A program made the translations under genes and the position numbers. A stretch of 64,000 nt of DNA from a virus (Duplodnaviria; Caudoviricetes): positions 32,001-96,000 of the IMG/VR virus record IMGVR_UViG_3300034157_000065. One strand, written 5' to 3'. Positions 49,286 to 58,260 of this stretch are shown here, in pieces. The notes beneath the pieces are model-generated. The model saw nothing but the letters and a program-made list of their open reading frames with translations, ran no database searches and had not been told where the DNA came from. The stretch's first letter is position 1, and each line of letters opens with the position of its first letter.

Positions 49286-49720
49286 ATGTCGCTTAAACTT
49301 ATTACAACTCCTGATACTCTTAAACTTCATCCAACCATCTATGAATGTGGTGTCATGATTGATTGTTTTGATAAGTTGAAATCCGATGATATGGAGCGTA
49401 AGAACTACTTGTCAGACGCGGTTGTCAAAAAAATGCGAGATTTTGTTGAATCTCATTACATTGTTTTCTACTTTGTAGATTCTTACACCTATTCTGTCAA
49501 AGACTACAATGACAGCGATGGTGACTATACTCATTCGGACTCTGAAACTAATACCTATTGTGTTCCTATGGAAGAAATGATTGCTCAATTGACCGAAATG
49601 GGCTATAATGATGCCACTAAAATGATAAAGGACGCGGTTATTACTGACCACGATATTAATCTTTATTACGGTGAGCGTATCTCACTTCAATCCTATTCCA
49701 TTAAAGTTGAAGGAATTTAA
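49286..49720 (+). CDS. hypothetical protein
   Basis: Weak paralog of the next gene (Y.D..G.Y.H, VP..E, YYG). Confidence 0.7.
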   Translation: MSLKLITTPDTLKLHPTIYECGVMIDCFDKLKSDDMERKNYLSDAVVKKMRDFVESHYIVFYFVDSYTYSVKDYNDSDGDYTHSDSETNTYCVPMEEMIAQLTEMGYNDATKMIKDAVITDHDINLYYGERISLQSYSIKVEGI

Positions 49721-49721
49721 C

Positions 49722-50234
49722 ATGTCCATCCACTACGTTGCAGGTCATAATGCTGAGCAAGGTGAAGCCTTCGTTTGGCAAATTGAAAATGGCCTGTTGC
49801 ATGAAGACATCAGTTACATGCTTAGAGAAGTTTTCCCAGAGCTTCGTTTTATGCTGGATTATGAACCAGAAGATGCCTACAACGCAGAAGTTCATGTGGC
49901 TAACAAGATTAAATTTCACGATAAAATTGTGGAAGACTACTTATTGATTTATTACCCAGTCATTGAGACGGCTCCTGTCGATTCGTATCGAGATGAATGT
50001 GGTGGTTATTGCCATAAGTCTACCACTGATGTAGACATTGAAGTTCCACTTTACGAGATTCGTGAACTTGTTCGTGAACATTATCCACAAGTAGAAAATG
50101 TTGTTTCTTTTGTTGACAACATGCTTAAAATTCATGCTAATGACACTTATTGGCATAATGACTATTATGGCAGTAGTGTGACTTACGCTTACATTAAAAT
50201 CAAAAAAGATGCTGATCTTAGTCGCTATCTTTAA
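49722..50234 (+). CDS. hypothetical protein
   Basis: AAGGA RBS favours ATG 49722. Confidence 0.7.
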   Translation: MSIHYVAGHNAEQGEAFVWQIENGLLHEDISYMLREVFPELRFMLDYEPEDAYNAEVHVANKIKFHDKIVEDYLLIYYPVIETAPVDSYRDECGGYCHKSTTDVDIEVPLYEIRELVREHYPQVENVVSFVDNMLKIHANDTYWHNDYYGSSVTYAYIKIKKDADLSRYL

Positions 50235-50251
50235 TCTATAAGGAAACTGTT

Positions 50252-50557
50252 ATGAGCCGTATGACTGTTCGTTTTGACCGCGTATTTACCAAGAAAGGTA
50301 AGTTTAATCTGCAAGAGTTTAATCTTGACTATTTTGATCCATATCGTCGTAATGATGATAATAAAAACCATGTTGAGTTGTTTGAACTCTTGTTTGACAA
50401 GGATGGTAATGTGCTGGATGAAGTTCGTCATGAACTTGAAGCCTATATCCAGTTGAAGAACTTTCCAGCTTTGTCGGATGCCGTTAAATTGTTTTATGCT
50501 GGTATCCACGGTAGTAATACCAATGGTTCTTATCCAGCCGTTTACATGTTTCGTTAA
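50252..50557 (+). CDS. hypothetical protein (101 aa)
   Basis: TAAGGA RBS. Confidence 0.7.
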   Translation: MSRMTVRFDRVFTKKGKFNLQEFNLDYFDPYRRNDDNKNHVELFELLFDKDGNVLDEVRHELEAYIQLKNFPALSDAVKLFYAGIHGSNTNGSYPAVYMFR

Positions 50558-50653
50558 TTCAAAAATAAATTTGAAATTGTTAAAAAAGTAGTTGTTTTAA
50601 AATAAAAACGTTGATATAATAACCCCACACTAACCAAAGAAGGAAACACAATC

Positions 50654-50779
50654 ATGGCAACAGTAAATTCAGCAAAAAAAGCACAAGAAATCGAACAAGC
50701 ATACGCACAGGTTGCTGAAACCAAGCGTCGTCAAGAAGAAAAAATGTGGTCGCAACACGAAAAAGCACGTAAGCGTTAA
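50654..50779 (+). CDS. 41-aa charged peptide MATVNSAKKAQEIEQAYAQVAETKRRQEEKMWSQHEKARKR (not in ORF track)
   Basis: AAGGA RBS, TATAAT upstream; paralog of 11276..11395. Confidence 0.8.
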   Translation: MATVNSAKKAQEIEQAYAQVAETKRRQEEKMWSQHEKARKR

Positions 50780-50807
50780 TTCCCTTCATTTTCCAAAAGG
50801 ATTTACA

Positions 50808-51143
50808 ATGTCACAAGTTAATGCGGTAATTGAGTTCGATAACCTGAATAATCCACCAGAAGGCTTTTATGCTTCGGCAATGGGGTGGTATTTTCATGGT
50901 GAGCTTCAAGATATGGTAGGCTTTGATATTCCATCCGCTTCAGTTGACCTTATTGAAGTGCCAGATGGTATCTATGCTGGCACTTACAAAGGGCTGGACT
51001 GCACTTTCTTTAACTGGTCTTACTTTGAAGAAGACAGTTATACCAAGAAGCGTCGTCATCGTGGTTTTATTGTTCTTAACTCGGATAAAAAAGCTTACGA
51101 GTTTGCTCAGTTGGCTTATGATACAAAACGTAAATATCTTTAA
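50808..51143 (+). CDS. hypothetical protein
   Basis: AAGGA RBS favours ATG 50808 over the track start 50712. Confidence 0.7.
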   Translation: MSQVNAVIEFDNLNNPPEGFYASAMGWYFHGELQDMVGFDIPSASVDLIEVPDGIYAGTYKGLDCTFFNWSYFEEDSYTKKRRHRGFIVLNSDKKAYEFAQLAYDTKRKYL

Positions 51144-51244
51144 AGCTTAAAAACAATGAAAAAGGTCAAGTTCGCTTGATCTTTTTTTTGCCTTTATTTT
51201 CTTGTCATGATATACTAAGCCATTACTTAATTCGGAGTGTCACC

Positions 51245-51676
51245 ATGCATAATATTGTAGCGTCCAAACTCATTAATGACCTTATCCTGAACACTGATGT
51301 GAGTAGCCAGCTTATTCTTGGTGAAATCAAAAAAACACAAAGCCTTGTGGGCAGTCGCCAACTCTTGATTGAAATTGATACGGATGATGATTTTGCTGTT
51401 GATGGTTCATCCGATTTTTCTAAAACATTTGATTTGGGTGAGCGTGACATTGTTGAAGTCTACAAAGAAGCTATTAAGAGTATCAAGTTTGGGCATGATA
51501 ACGTTAAAAATTATAAGGTCGATAATTTCTTGGCCTATATTATGACTGACGATTTCTTGAATGAAGTGTCTACTGGACATGCCTCTACCGGGGGAAATCA
51601 GACCATTTACGTCACAGTGGTTGATGCTCCTAGAACTATGAGTTTTGGCTCTTTGGTCATTGATTTGACCAAATAA
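51245..51676 (+). CDS. hypothetical protein
   Basis: GGAG RBS favours ATG 51245. Confidence 0.7.
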   Translation: MHNIVASKLINDLILNTDVSSQLILGEIKKTQSLVGSRQLLIEIDTDDDFAVDGSSDFSKTFDLGERDIVEVYKEAIKSIKFGHDNVKNYKVDNFLAYIMTDDFLNEVSTGHASTGGNQTIYVTVVDAPRTMSFGSLVIDLTK

Positions 51677-51734
51677 TGCTTTCATTGTTCATTCATTTGT
51701 GATAAAATAGGCCCATTAGAGGGCTTATTTTTTT

Positions 51735-52382
51735 ATGAGAAAATCAATTACTGTCACCACCATTGAAGAATTGAAATCAGTTGCATTTGATTACAATGCT
51801 CCGGTTTTTGTTGCTCCTGATATTCTTATCAGTGACTTTATTGCTACTGATGATGAATGTGATAAATTATTGGCTAACTTGAAAAATTATCATAAAGATG
51901 TGATTGCTTTCTTTTTTGTCCATGAAGGTTTTCGTGTTTACTTCTTAATTATTGATCATTTTGTTGTATTGAAAAAATATGCCATTGATAATGTAACGAT
52001 CCTTAATTTGAAAAAATTTGTGATTCAATCAGTTCGTTTTGATTCAAGTAGTCACGAGTGGGAAGAAAAACAATTTTATACTTATAACCGTGGAAATAAA
52101 CCTGAAAGTGTTGTCCGCAATTATGGATCTTTTATTGCTAAGTATCGCTATGTTTATGATAAAACCTATGTGAGCCAAATTAGAGTCACTGATCAATCCC
52201 AATACCTTATTGACATGACCTTTAAACGCAATGGTCGGGAGATAACATTGGTCGAATTGGCAGCAGACTATCCAGAAATTGCATCCGCTTTGAGAGGTAA
52301 AGTTCGATCAATTGAAAACCTTACCAACAAAAGCAAATTGATTAAATCTTATCTACCTATTATTGATATGATTCTTATTTAA
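51735..52382 (+). CDS. hypothetical protein, family D, C-terminal tag (DMILI)
   Basis: Shares N-terminal TIEELK...F with 52392. Confidence 0.8.
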   Translation: MRKSITVTTIEELKSVAFDYNAPVFVAPDILISDFIATDDECDKLLANLKNYHKDVIAFFFVHEGFRVYFLIIDHFVVLKKYAIDNVTILNLKKFVIQSVRFDSSSHEWEEKQFYTYNRGNKPESVVRNYGSFIAKYRYVYDKTYVSQIRVTDQSQYLIDMTFKRNGREITLVELAADYPEIASALRGKVRSIENLTNKSKLIKSYLPIIDMILI

Positions 52383-52391
52383 GGAATAACC

Positions 52392-53021
52392 ATGCTATTA
52401 ATCAATACCATTGAAGAGTTAAAAGACTGTCTGTTCTCAGTTGAGCACACTGGCCGCTTTATCAAACCTGTTCAAGAATTCGTTAAATCGGGTGAGATTA
52501 TTAAACCCGAAAACCGATCAGAATATATTTATGTACTGGATAACTTGCACACCATTCACTTTCAATTGAGTGAAGATCTTATTGTATTCAAAGGTTTTCA
52601 CATTAAACGAGAAAAAAATTATACGCTTCATAGATTAAATGATCTTCCTGCTACTATGTTCTATTTGAAAAATGGTATGCTTAACACCACTAGCTGGTAT
52701 GTGAATAGCAACGCTGTTCGTGACAATCCCATGAAACCAGTACTCGTTGATCGTCGTGAGGGTGACTACTGGACTTTCCAGTATGCAGGTAGCAATGATG
52801 GTTGCTTTGAGATGTCTCACATTATCTATGACAAGCGTAAGAAAGGTGAGTGGCGTGTAATGGATATGTTGGCTAGGCGACGTGGACAAAACATGAATTT
52901 TAAAGAGATTAAAAAACAATTTCCTTTTGTTGAAGATATTACATTTGATGATTGCTATGACCTTAGTACAAATATTTTTACTGCAGATCAAGTAACCTTG
53001 ATGCGAATGATTGATATTTGA
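52392..53021 (+). CDS. hypothetical protein, family D, C-terminal tag (RMIDI)
   Basis: TAAGGA RBS; tandem with 51735. Confidence 0.8.
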   Translation: MLLINTIEELKDCLFSVEHTGRFIKPVQEFVKSGEIIKPENRSEYIYVLDNLHTIHFQLSEDLIVFKGFHIKREKNYTLHRLNDLPATMFYLKNGMLNTTSWYVNSNAVRDNPMKPVLVDRREGDYWTFQYAGSNDGCFEMSHIIYDKRKKGEWRVMDMLARRRGQNMNFKEIKKQFPFVEDITFDDCYDLSTNIFTADQVTLMRMIDI

Positions 53022-53129
53022 AATCGGCAATATAATACTGCTTAATGTTAAAAGATGGCATCTAATCGGCATTATATTGCAGATTTAGGTGCTTTTTTGT
53101 ATCCTTTTACGCAATATAATGCAGTTTTG

Positions 53130-53942
53130 TTATATTTCGATCATTTCAATCAGTTTTAAGTAATCCATAAAAGCTACTTTGTTATCACCATTAAAATTAT
53201 CATAAAATGAGTTATTGACCACTTTAAACCAATTGTTGTCTTCTAAGTTAATAGTTTTAGGATTAAAGAAGCTTGAGTCTACCTCTGATTTTACATTCAT
53301 GACGTGTTTGGTAAATCTTAACAACATCATTTCTGTTTCAACATCACCATTAGAGTTTAGTGAGTAACTTGTACCACTAGATTTAACTATATTTTTCAAT
53401 TCAAATGTTTTACGGCAAATTTTATGGTCTTTGTCGAAGAAATATGTCATATTCGCTATCTTTCTTAAATGCAACAAAATAACCCAGTGTTTTTGCTTGA
53501 TGGCATACGTTGAACCATAGTAATCTTTCTGTATATAAAACTCTAACTGGTTGGCACCGTTATTAAAATGATTTAAGTTTAAGTAATTGATTAATGTTGA
53601 TTCCATTAAATCACCCTTATATTGAGCAGTGTAATGAGTTTGTTGACCAGTATCATCGTAATATACATACATGGACAAATCAAATTCACAGTCAAACAAT
53701 TCAAATAGGTTAAATTTAAAAGTAATGATAATGCAATCACTGGCTTTTTCCGATACATAAAAAGAGGTTTCATCTTTTACTAAATGAAGATGTTCTTCAA
53801 TTAACTCTTTGGTTAAATTTGGATTATTGTTAATTGCTATTAATTTTTCACACATCATGGCCCTAATAATTTCAAAGTGTTTGTCTTTGAGCTTATTATT
53901 TGTAGATAAATCTTCAAAATGTGGAAAATATAATTTCATCAT
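53130..53942 (-). CDS. hypothetical protein, family B, C-terminal tag (EMIEI)
   Basis: Tandem paralog of 53958 (LN.NHFN, F.KHV, GD...AF.DY). Confidence 0.85.
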   Translation of the reverse strand: MMKLYFPHFEDLSTNNKLKDKHFEIIRAMMCEKLIAINNNPNLTKELIEEHLHLVKDETSFYVSEKASDCIIITFKFNLFELFDCEFDLSMYVYYDDTGQQTHYTAQYKGDLMESTLINYLNLNHFNNGANQLEFYIQKDYYGSTYAIKQKHWVILLHLRKIANMTYFFDKDHKICRKTFELKNIVKSSGTSYSLNSNGDVETEMMLLRFTKHVMNVKSEVDSSFFNPKTINLEDNNWFKVVNNSFYDNFNGDNKVAFMDYLKLIEMIEI

Positions 53943-53957
53943 AAACCCTGTCTTTTG

Positions 53958-54749
53958 TTAAATTGCTATCATGTCTATTACATTCATATAATCTAAGAAC
54001 GCTGTTCGTTTGTCACCTGTTAAGCTTCTGAAAAAGTATTTATGAACGTCCCGCATCCATTCTGATTGTGTAAAATCTATATCATTGTAATTGATAAATG
54101 AGGCATCAACAAAATCTCTTTCAGTTATGACATGTTTTACAAACTTTAAAAACATAAGTTCGGTTTCAAACTTCTCAAAACCTTCCATTGAATAATTAGA
54201 ACTTGAATTATTAATTTTTGATTCAAACCCACGTAAATAAACCTTATGCTCAGTGTCAAAACGATATTTTAAAGTAGTTCTTATTTTTGGATATTCTGGT
54301 GTTTTTATATAATTTTCTTTGATGATTTCATATATAGTTTTATTGTTTGTATCTTCATCTAATGAAAACTCTAATTTAGAAAAATCGTCATTAAAATGAT
54401 TAATATTTAAAAGATTCATTACACTTAAATCATTTTTTGATCCCATATATGTTGAATGCCATCTATTGTATTGTCCATGTTGATTAAAATATAAATGTAC
54501 AGGTATTACAATATAACAATCGAAAAAATTAATAGCAAAGTTAACTGTACAGTAATCCTTAGTGTTATAAAATTTGGTAGTTGTTCCATAAATCCCAAGG
54601 TTACTTTGAATATCTTCGTTTGTGATATTTTGATTATTATTCATTTTTACAAATTTTTCGTACAATAATTCCCACACCTTACCTTCTTGGTCTTTCGCAA
54701 GGTTGGGGTTTCTTGATAATTCTTCGTAATTTGGAAATGAAAGATACAT
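53958..54749 (-). CDS. hypothetical protein, family B, C-terminal tag (DMIAI)
   Basis: GAGGA RBS on the minus strand. Confidence 0.85.
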   Translation of the reverse strand: MYLSFPNYEELSRNPNLAKDQEGKVWELLYEKFVKMNNNQNITNEDIQSNLGIYGTTTKFYNTKDYCTVNFAINFFDCYIVIPVHLYFNQHGQYNRWHSTYMGSKNDLSVMNLLNINHFNDDFSKLEFSLDEDTNNKTIYEIIKENYIKTPEYPKIRTTLKYRFDTEHKVYLRGFESKINNSSSNYSMEGFEKFETELMFLKFVKHVITERDFVDASFINYNDIDFTQSEWMRDVHKYFFRSLTGDKRTAFLDYMNVIDMIAI

Positions 54750-54892
54750 TGAAAATCCTCAATTTTAATATCTTTTTATTATACCTTATTTTAAACTTTT
54801 AGTCCATCAAAAAACCATGAAAATATTGACAAAAATAGATAAATTTATTGATTTTTTATTTTAAATATGTTAAAATACTCGCTCTTTAAGAG

Positions 54893-55336
54893 GTGAATTT
54901 TATGGAGTTAGATATTAAGGTTGTGAAAGAATTAGGTCCGCATGTCGGCCAAAAAGTTTGGATTTGTGATTATCGTCAACCTGACTTGGATAAGAAAGCT
55001 ATCCGTCATGTCCCACCAACAGAAGTGTTTATTGTATCAAACGCAGAAAACACGACTAATAAAAAAATCTATTATTCAGAAACTCATTTCAGACCTATTG
55101 GTAAAAATGGTGAAGCGAGTAGCAAAATGATTGGTATTTTTGACAATACAGGTTATCGTAGTTTTACAGGCACACCGCTTCACGTTTTTGATAACAAAGA
55201 TGAATGTGTTGAGTTTTATAACGATCAAGCTGACAAAATTATTTCAGCCATTGATGAAAAGATCAGTTGGGTTGTGGTAGGATTGAACAACTACAAAAAA
55301 GAAGTCCTCGACAACAAACTGAAATCAAGAAAATAA
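54893..55336 (+). CDS. hypothetical protein
   Basis: G.KVWICDY...K.IR.V.P motif; start may be ATG 54902. Confidence 0.75.
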   Translation: MNFMELDIKVVKELGPHVGQKVWICDYRQPDLDKKAIRHVPPTEVFIVSNAENTTNKKIYYSETHFRPIGKNGEASSKMIGIFDNTGYRSFTGTPLHVFDNKDECVEFYNDQADKIISAIDEKISWVVVGLNNYKKEVLDNKLKSRK

Positions 55337-55385
55337 CAACATAAAGGATGGCTTCGGTCATCCTTTTCTTTCGGAGAATGACTTA

Positions 55386-55715
55386 ATGCTTAATTTCCTG
55401 TTCAAAAAAGTGATTGTGGTGGAATATGAACATCGTGTCAGTATTTACGACACATTTGAAAAAGTAACTAATAATGATGCCTTGTTGCCTTATGTGAACA
55501 AGAATATGACCCTTAAAAATGGAGTAAAATCTATTAAGGCTGATTTACATACAGGGGCGGAATACTATTACCCTGTGACTATTTATGCCGCTCACCGCTT
55601 TAATTTCTTACACCTGAGTGATTCAGCTTCGTGTGCTTATCAACAGTTTAAATCTCTTTTGACCCGTTCATCCTGTGATTGGGATAGTTTTTCGGCCTAC
55701 TCTTTCAAAAAATAA
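55386..55715 (+). CDS. hypothetical protein
   Basis: GGAG RBS. Confidence 0.65.
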   Translation: MLNFLFKKVIVVEYEHRVSIYDTFEKVTNNDALLPYVNKNMTLKNGVKSIKADLHTGAEYYYPVTIYAAHRFNFLHLSDSASCAYQQFKSLLTRSSCDWDSFSAYSFKK

Positions 55716-55749
55716 TATATCTTTAACTTTTTAAAATGAGGTATTTGAC

Positions 55750-56199
55750 ATGTGTATTGAAAACCAGAAGCCTGATACATTTGAAAGAATTCTTTTAGCT
55801 GTTATGGGTGGAGCTATGATTGCGTTGGCATTCCTTTTTTTGAGTTTGTTTATTTTTGAAGTTCCATCTTCAGAAACAACTTATAAGGTTCGGCAAGACA
55901 TCTTTACAATCAATCGAACATTTGACCAAAATTCCAACACATGGTTGGTTGGCGTCATGGATGCTGATAATCTCAAACTGGGATCATTTGTTTGTGCATC
56001 AGAACCTATGAATGCTAATCCTGCACTTTACTATAACCTGACTAGAGAAGATATTTTCTTTGGGCCTTCTAAATACTATTTTTCTTTTAGTTACGTGGAA
56101 AACTGTAAAAGTGTAAGTGCAAGCTTTTCATCAGATACAACACAAATGCCAAACGTGCAAAATAGAACACCACGACAAAAAGGCGAATTCATATTATAG
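55750..56199 (+). CDS. single-TM membrane protein, TAG stop
   Basis: GAGGT RBS; N-terminal TM. Confidence 0.7.
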   Translation: MCIENQKPDTFERILLAVMGGAMIALAFLFLSLFIFEVPSSETTYKVRQDIFTINRTFDQNSNTWLVGVMDADNLKLGSFVCASEPMNANPALYYNLTREDIFFGPSKYYFSFSYVENCKSVSASFSSDTTQMPNVQNRTPRQKGEFIL

Positions 56200-56259
56200 T
56201 GGTTGATTTTTTTTTCATTCCATGCTATAATGACTTCTTAATTTATAGAGGTCATTATC

Positions 56260-56739
56260 ATGGGTGTGACATTTCAGGCTCAAATCAATCACGATGATTA
56301 CCCTCAACAGAAGGTGTTCATGGCTGATCTTTATCCCGATTTGGATGAAGAGTATTTCAAGCTTGAAGGGTATTGCCCATTCGATGAAGACACTCAACGC
56401 CATTACCAGATGGAACGTGTCATTGACTTCAAACAAAGTCGTGATTTCAGCTACGCTAATTTTTATTTGTTGTTGGATCTGGTAGATCGTAATATCCGTA
56501 TTGCTACACAAGCTGATGGTGGCTACTATGCTATCAATCATGCTGACCTTCAAGTGTTCCGCAAGAAAGTCTTTATGGCCTTGAATAAGGTCAACGAAGG
56601 CCATGCCGTTGAGCCATCACAAAATGGCAACTTCTATGATGGTGGTGCCTCTATGGATTATATTCAGGGTGCTCTCAGTGATATGCTTGAAATCATTGAT
56701 CAGGCATACAAGAAAAACTTAAATATTCTTTGGGCTTAA
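56260..56739 (+). CDS. hypothetical protein (159 aa)
   Basis: GAGGT RBS. Confidence 0.75.
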   Translation: MGVTFQAQINHDDYPQQKVFMADLYPDLDEEYFKLEGYCPFDEDTQRHYQMERVIDFKQSRDFSYANFYLLLDLVDRNIRIATQADGGYYAINHADLQVFRKKVFMALNKVNEGHAVEPSQNGNFYDGGASMDYIQGALSDMLEIIDQAYKKNLNILWA

Positions 56740-56741
56740 TT

Positions 56742-57089
56742 ATGATCAATTCAAAACAAGTATTTAAAGCAGGCTTATGCAGTATCTTGGGATCTGTGTC
56801 ATTCTCACTTTTCTTCTGGAATAGTTATATGCTCTCGACAGGTCGGTTTATGGTCTGGAAAGCATTTGAAGGGGATTCTCACCTCCTAATGTTCGCTTTA
56901 TTCCTTATGCCATTACTGATTGGTTTGTCTGCCGGATTTGGTATGATTTTTTATTCATTTAATCTAGAAAGTAAAGAAGCCGACAAAAGAATGCAAGATC
57001 GAATAGCACTCAGAGATAAGCAATTAGAAGATACTACATTAAGTAGCCTAGAAAGAATTGATATAATTCTAGGTAACAACCAAAACTAA
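56742..57089 (+). CDS. 2-TM membrane protein
   Basis: Two hydrophobic segments. Confidence 0.65.
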   Translation: MINSKQVFKAGLCSILGSVSFSLFFWNSYMLSTGRFMVWKAFEGDSHLLMFALFLMPLLIGLSAGFGMIFYSFNLESKEADKRMQDRIALRDKQLEDTTLSSLERIDIILGNNQN

Positions 57090-57110
57090 CCAACCTATGG
57101 GAGAACTCAT

Positions 57111-57491
57111 ATGACAATAGCTCAGAAAGACAATGAAAGTTTTGTTAACGCTATCCGCTCAATGACTGAAAAGTTTATTGCTCTGTTTGAAACTCACTCG
57201 GTATCCAATGATTTTTCTTGGTTTAAATTTCGTGATGACACACTTTTAACTGCTATTCAACATTCCTTTGGTGAATTGACTAAGGAAGAATTGATAGAAT
57301 ATCAGCGTGTCTTTAATCAAGTCATGGTTGAACATGGTTACAGTATCACTTCTGTAAATCACCTTGACGATAAAGTCGAATTATGGCATGATACCCCTTC
57401 ATTAAATATGGAACTTCACGAATATCTTGGTATTGCTTGGGGTGATTATCATCATTTTATGTTTGGTCGAGATATTTATTTGAAAAAATAA
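57111..57491 (+). CDS. hypothetical protein (126 aa)
   Basis: GGGAG RBS; WH....LHEYLG..W..Y motif. Confidence 0.7.
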   Translation: MTIAQKDNESFVNAIRSMTEKFIALFETHSVSNDFSWFKFRDDTLLTAIQHSFGELTKEELIEYQRVFNQVMVEHGYSITSVNHLDDKVELWHDTPSLNMELHEYLGIAWGDYHHFMFGRDIYLKK

Positions 57492-57555
57492 CTCCATAGA
57501 TTTTTTTCTTGAACAGTTTTTTTAATAATTTCAACTCTTAGCTACGGATCAAAAT

Positions 57556-58179
57556 ATGAATGTCAATGCGGCTGAAACAGATAGCTTTAAAGAACTGTTT
57601 ACTGTGTTCGCTAAGGAACACGATATAACGGTGGGACGTTATTGTGCAGTCAAACTGCTAAGTTTCTACAATTATAATTTTGATCCGGTTCTGCTCTTTC
57701 AACTGGATGCTGATTTGGTTGCTCCACTTGTCTTAAAACCTTTTAAACATTTTCATGTGAAAAAGCTAGTCACCCGCTTAACCGATTTTTTGGGTGAAGT
57801 CGTTGAAGATAGTTTAGAGGGGTTTCTTTCCGCCGACTTCTTTGATCAATTCATCCTTCACAACATTCAAAACATTGTATTGAAAGAAGGGTATACCAGT
57901 GTTCACGATGTGGCTTATTATCAATTAGAATTGATCAGCACATCTACACGCCTTATGGTGAATTTTCATACTGAACCTGCACAGCCTAGATTTTATAGAA
58001 ATACAGAAATGAAGGGATCTATTAAATACCTCAATATGGATGTTTATTATCGAGATTTTGAATCACTCAGAGAACCTATGTTGGCATATTATGCCGATGA
58101 AATTGGTAAATTCCTCAATATTCCAGTGAATGAAATTGACGATAACGTTTTGAAACTGGTTGAAATGGTTAAAATCTAG
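57556..58179 (+). CDS. hypothetical protein, C-terminal tag (EMVKI), TAG stop
   Basis: C-terminus resembles that of 2046..3251. Confidence 0.8.
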   Translation: MNVNAAETDSFKELFTVFAKEHDITVGRYCAVKLLSFYNYNFDPVLLFQLDADLVAPLVLKPFKHFHVKKLVTRLTDFLGEVVEDSLEGFLSADFFDQFILHNIQNIVLKEGYTSVHDVAYYQLELISTSTRLMVNFHTEPAQPRFYRNTEMKGSIKYLNMDVYYRDFESLREPMLAYYADEIGKFLNIPVNEIDDNVLKLVEMVKI

Positions 58180-58197
58180 CACGTTTCTCGTTTTTTC

Positions 58198-58226
58198 TTG
58201 ACGTGGAGTGATTTCTTTAGTATAAT
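58198..58226 (+). promoter_or_regulatory. sigma70-type promoter of the RNA ligase
   Basis: TTGACG-N17-TATAAT. Confidence 0.8.
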
Positions 58227-58260
58227 TACGAGATTGAAAATAAAAGAGGATTACATAAAA

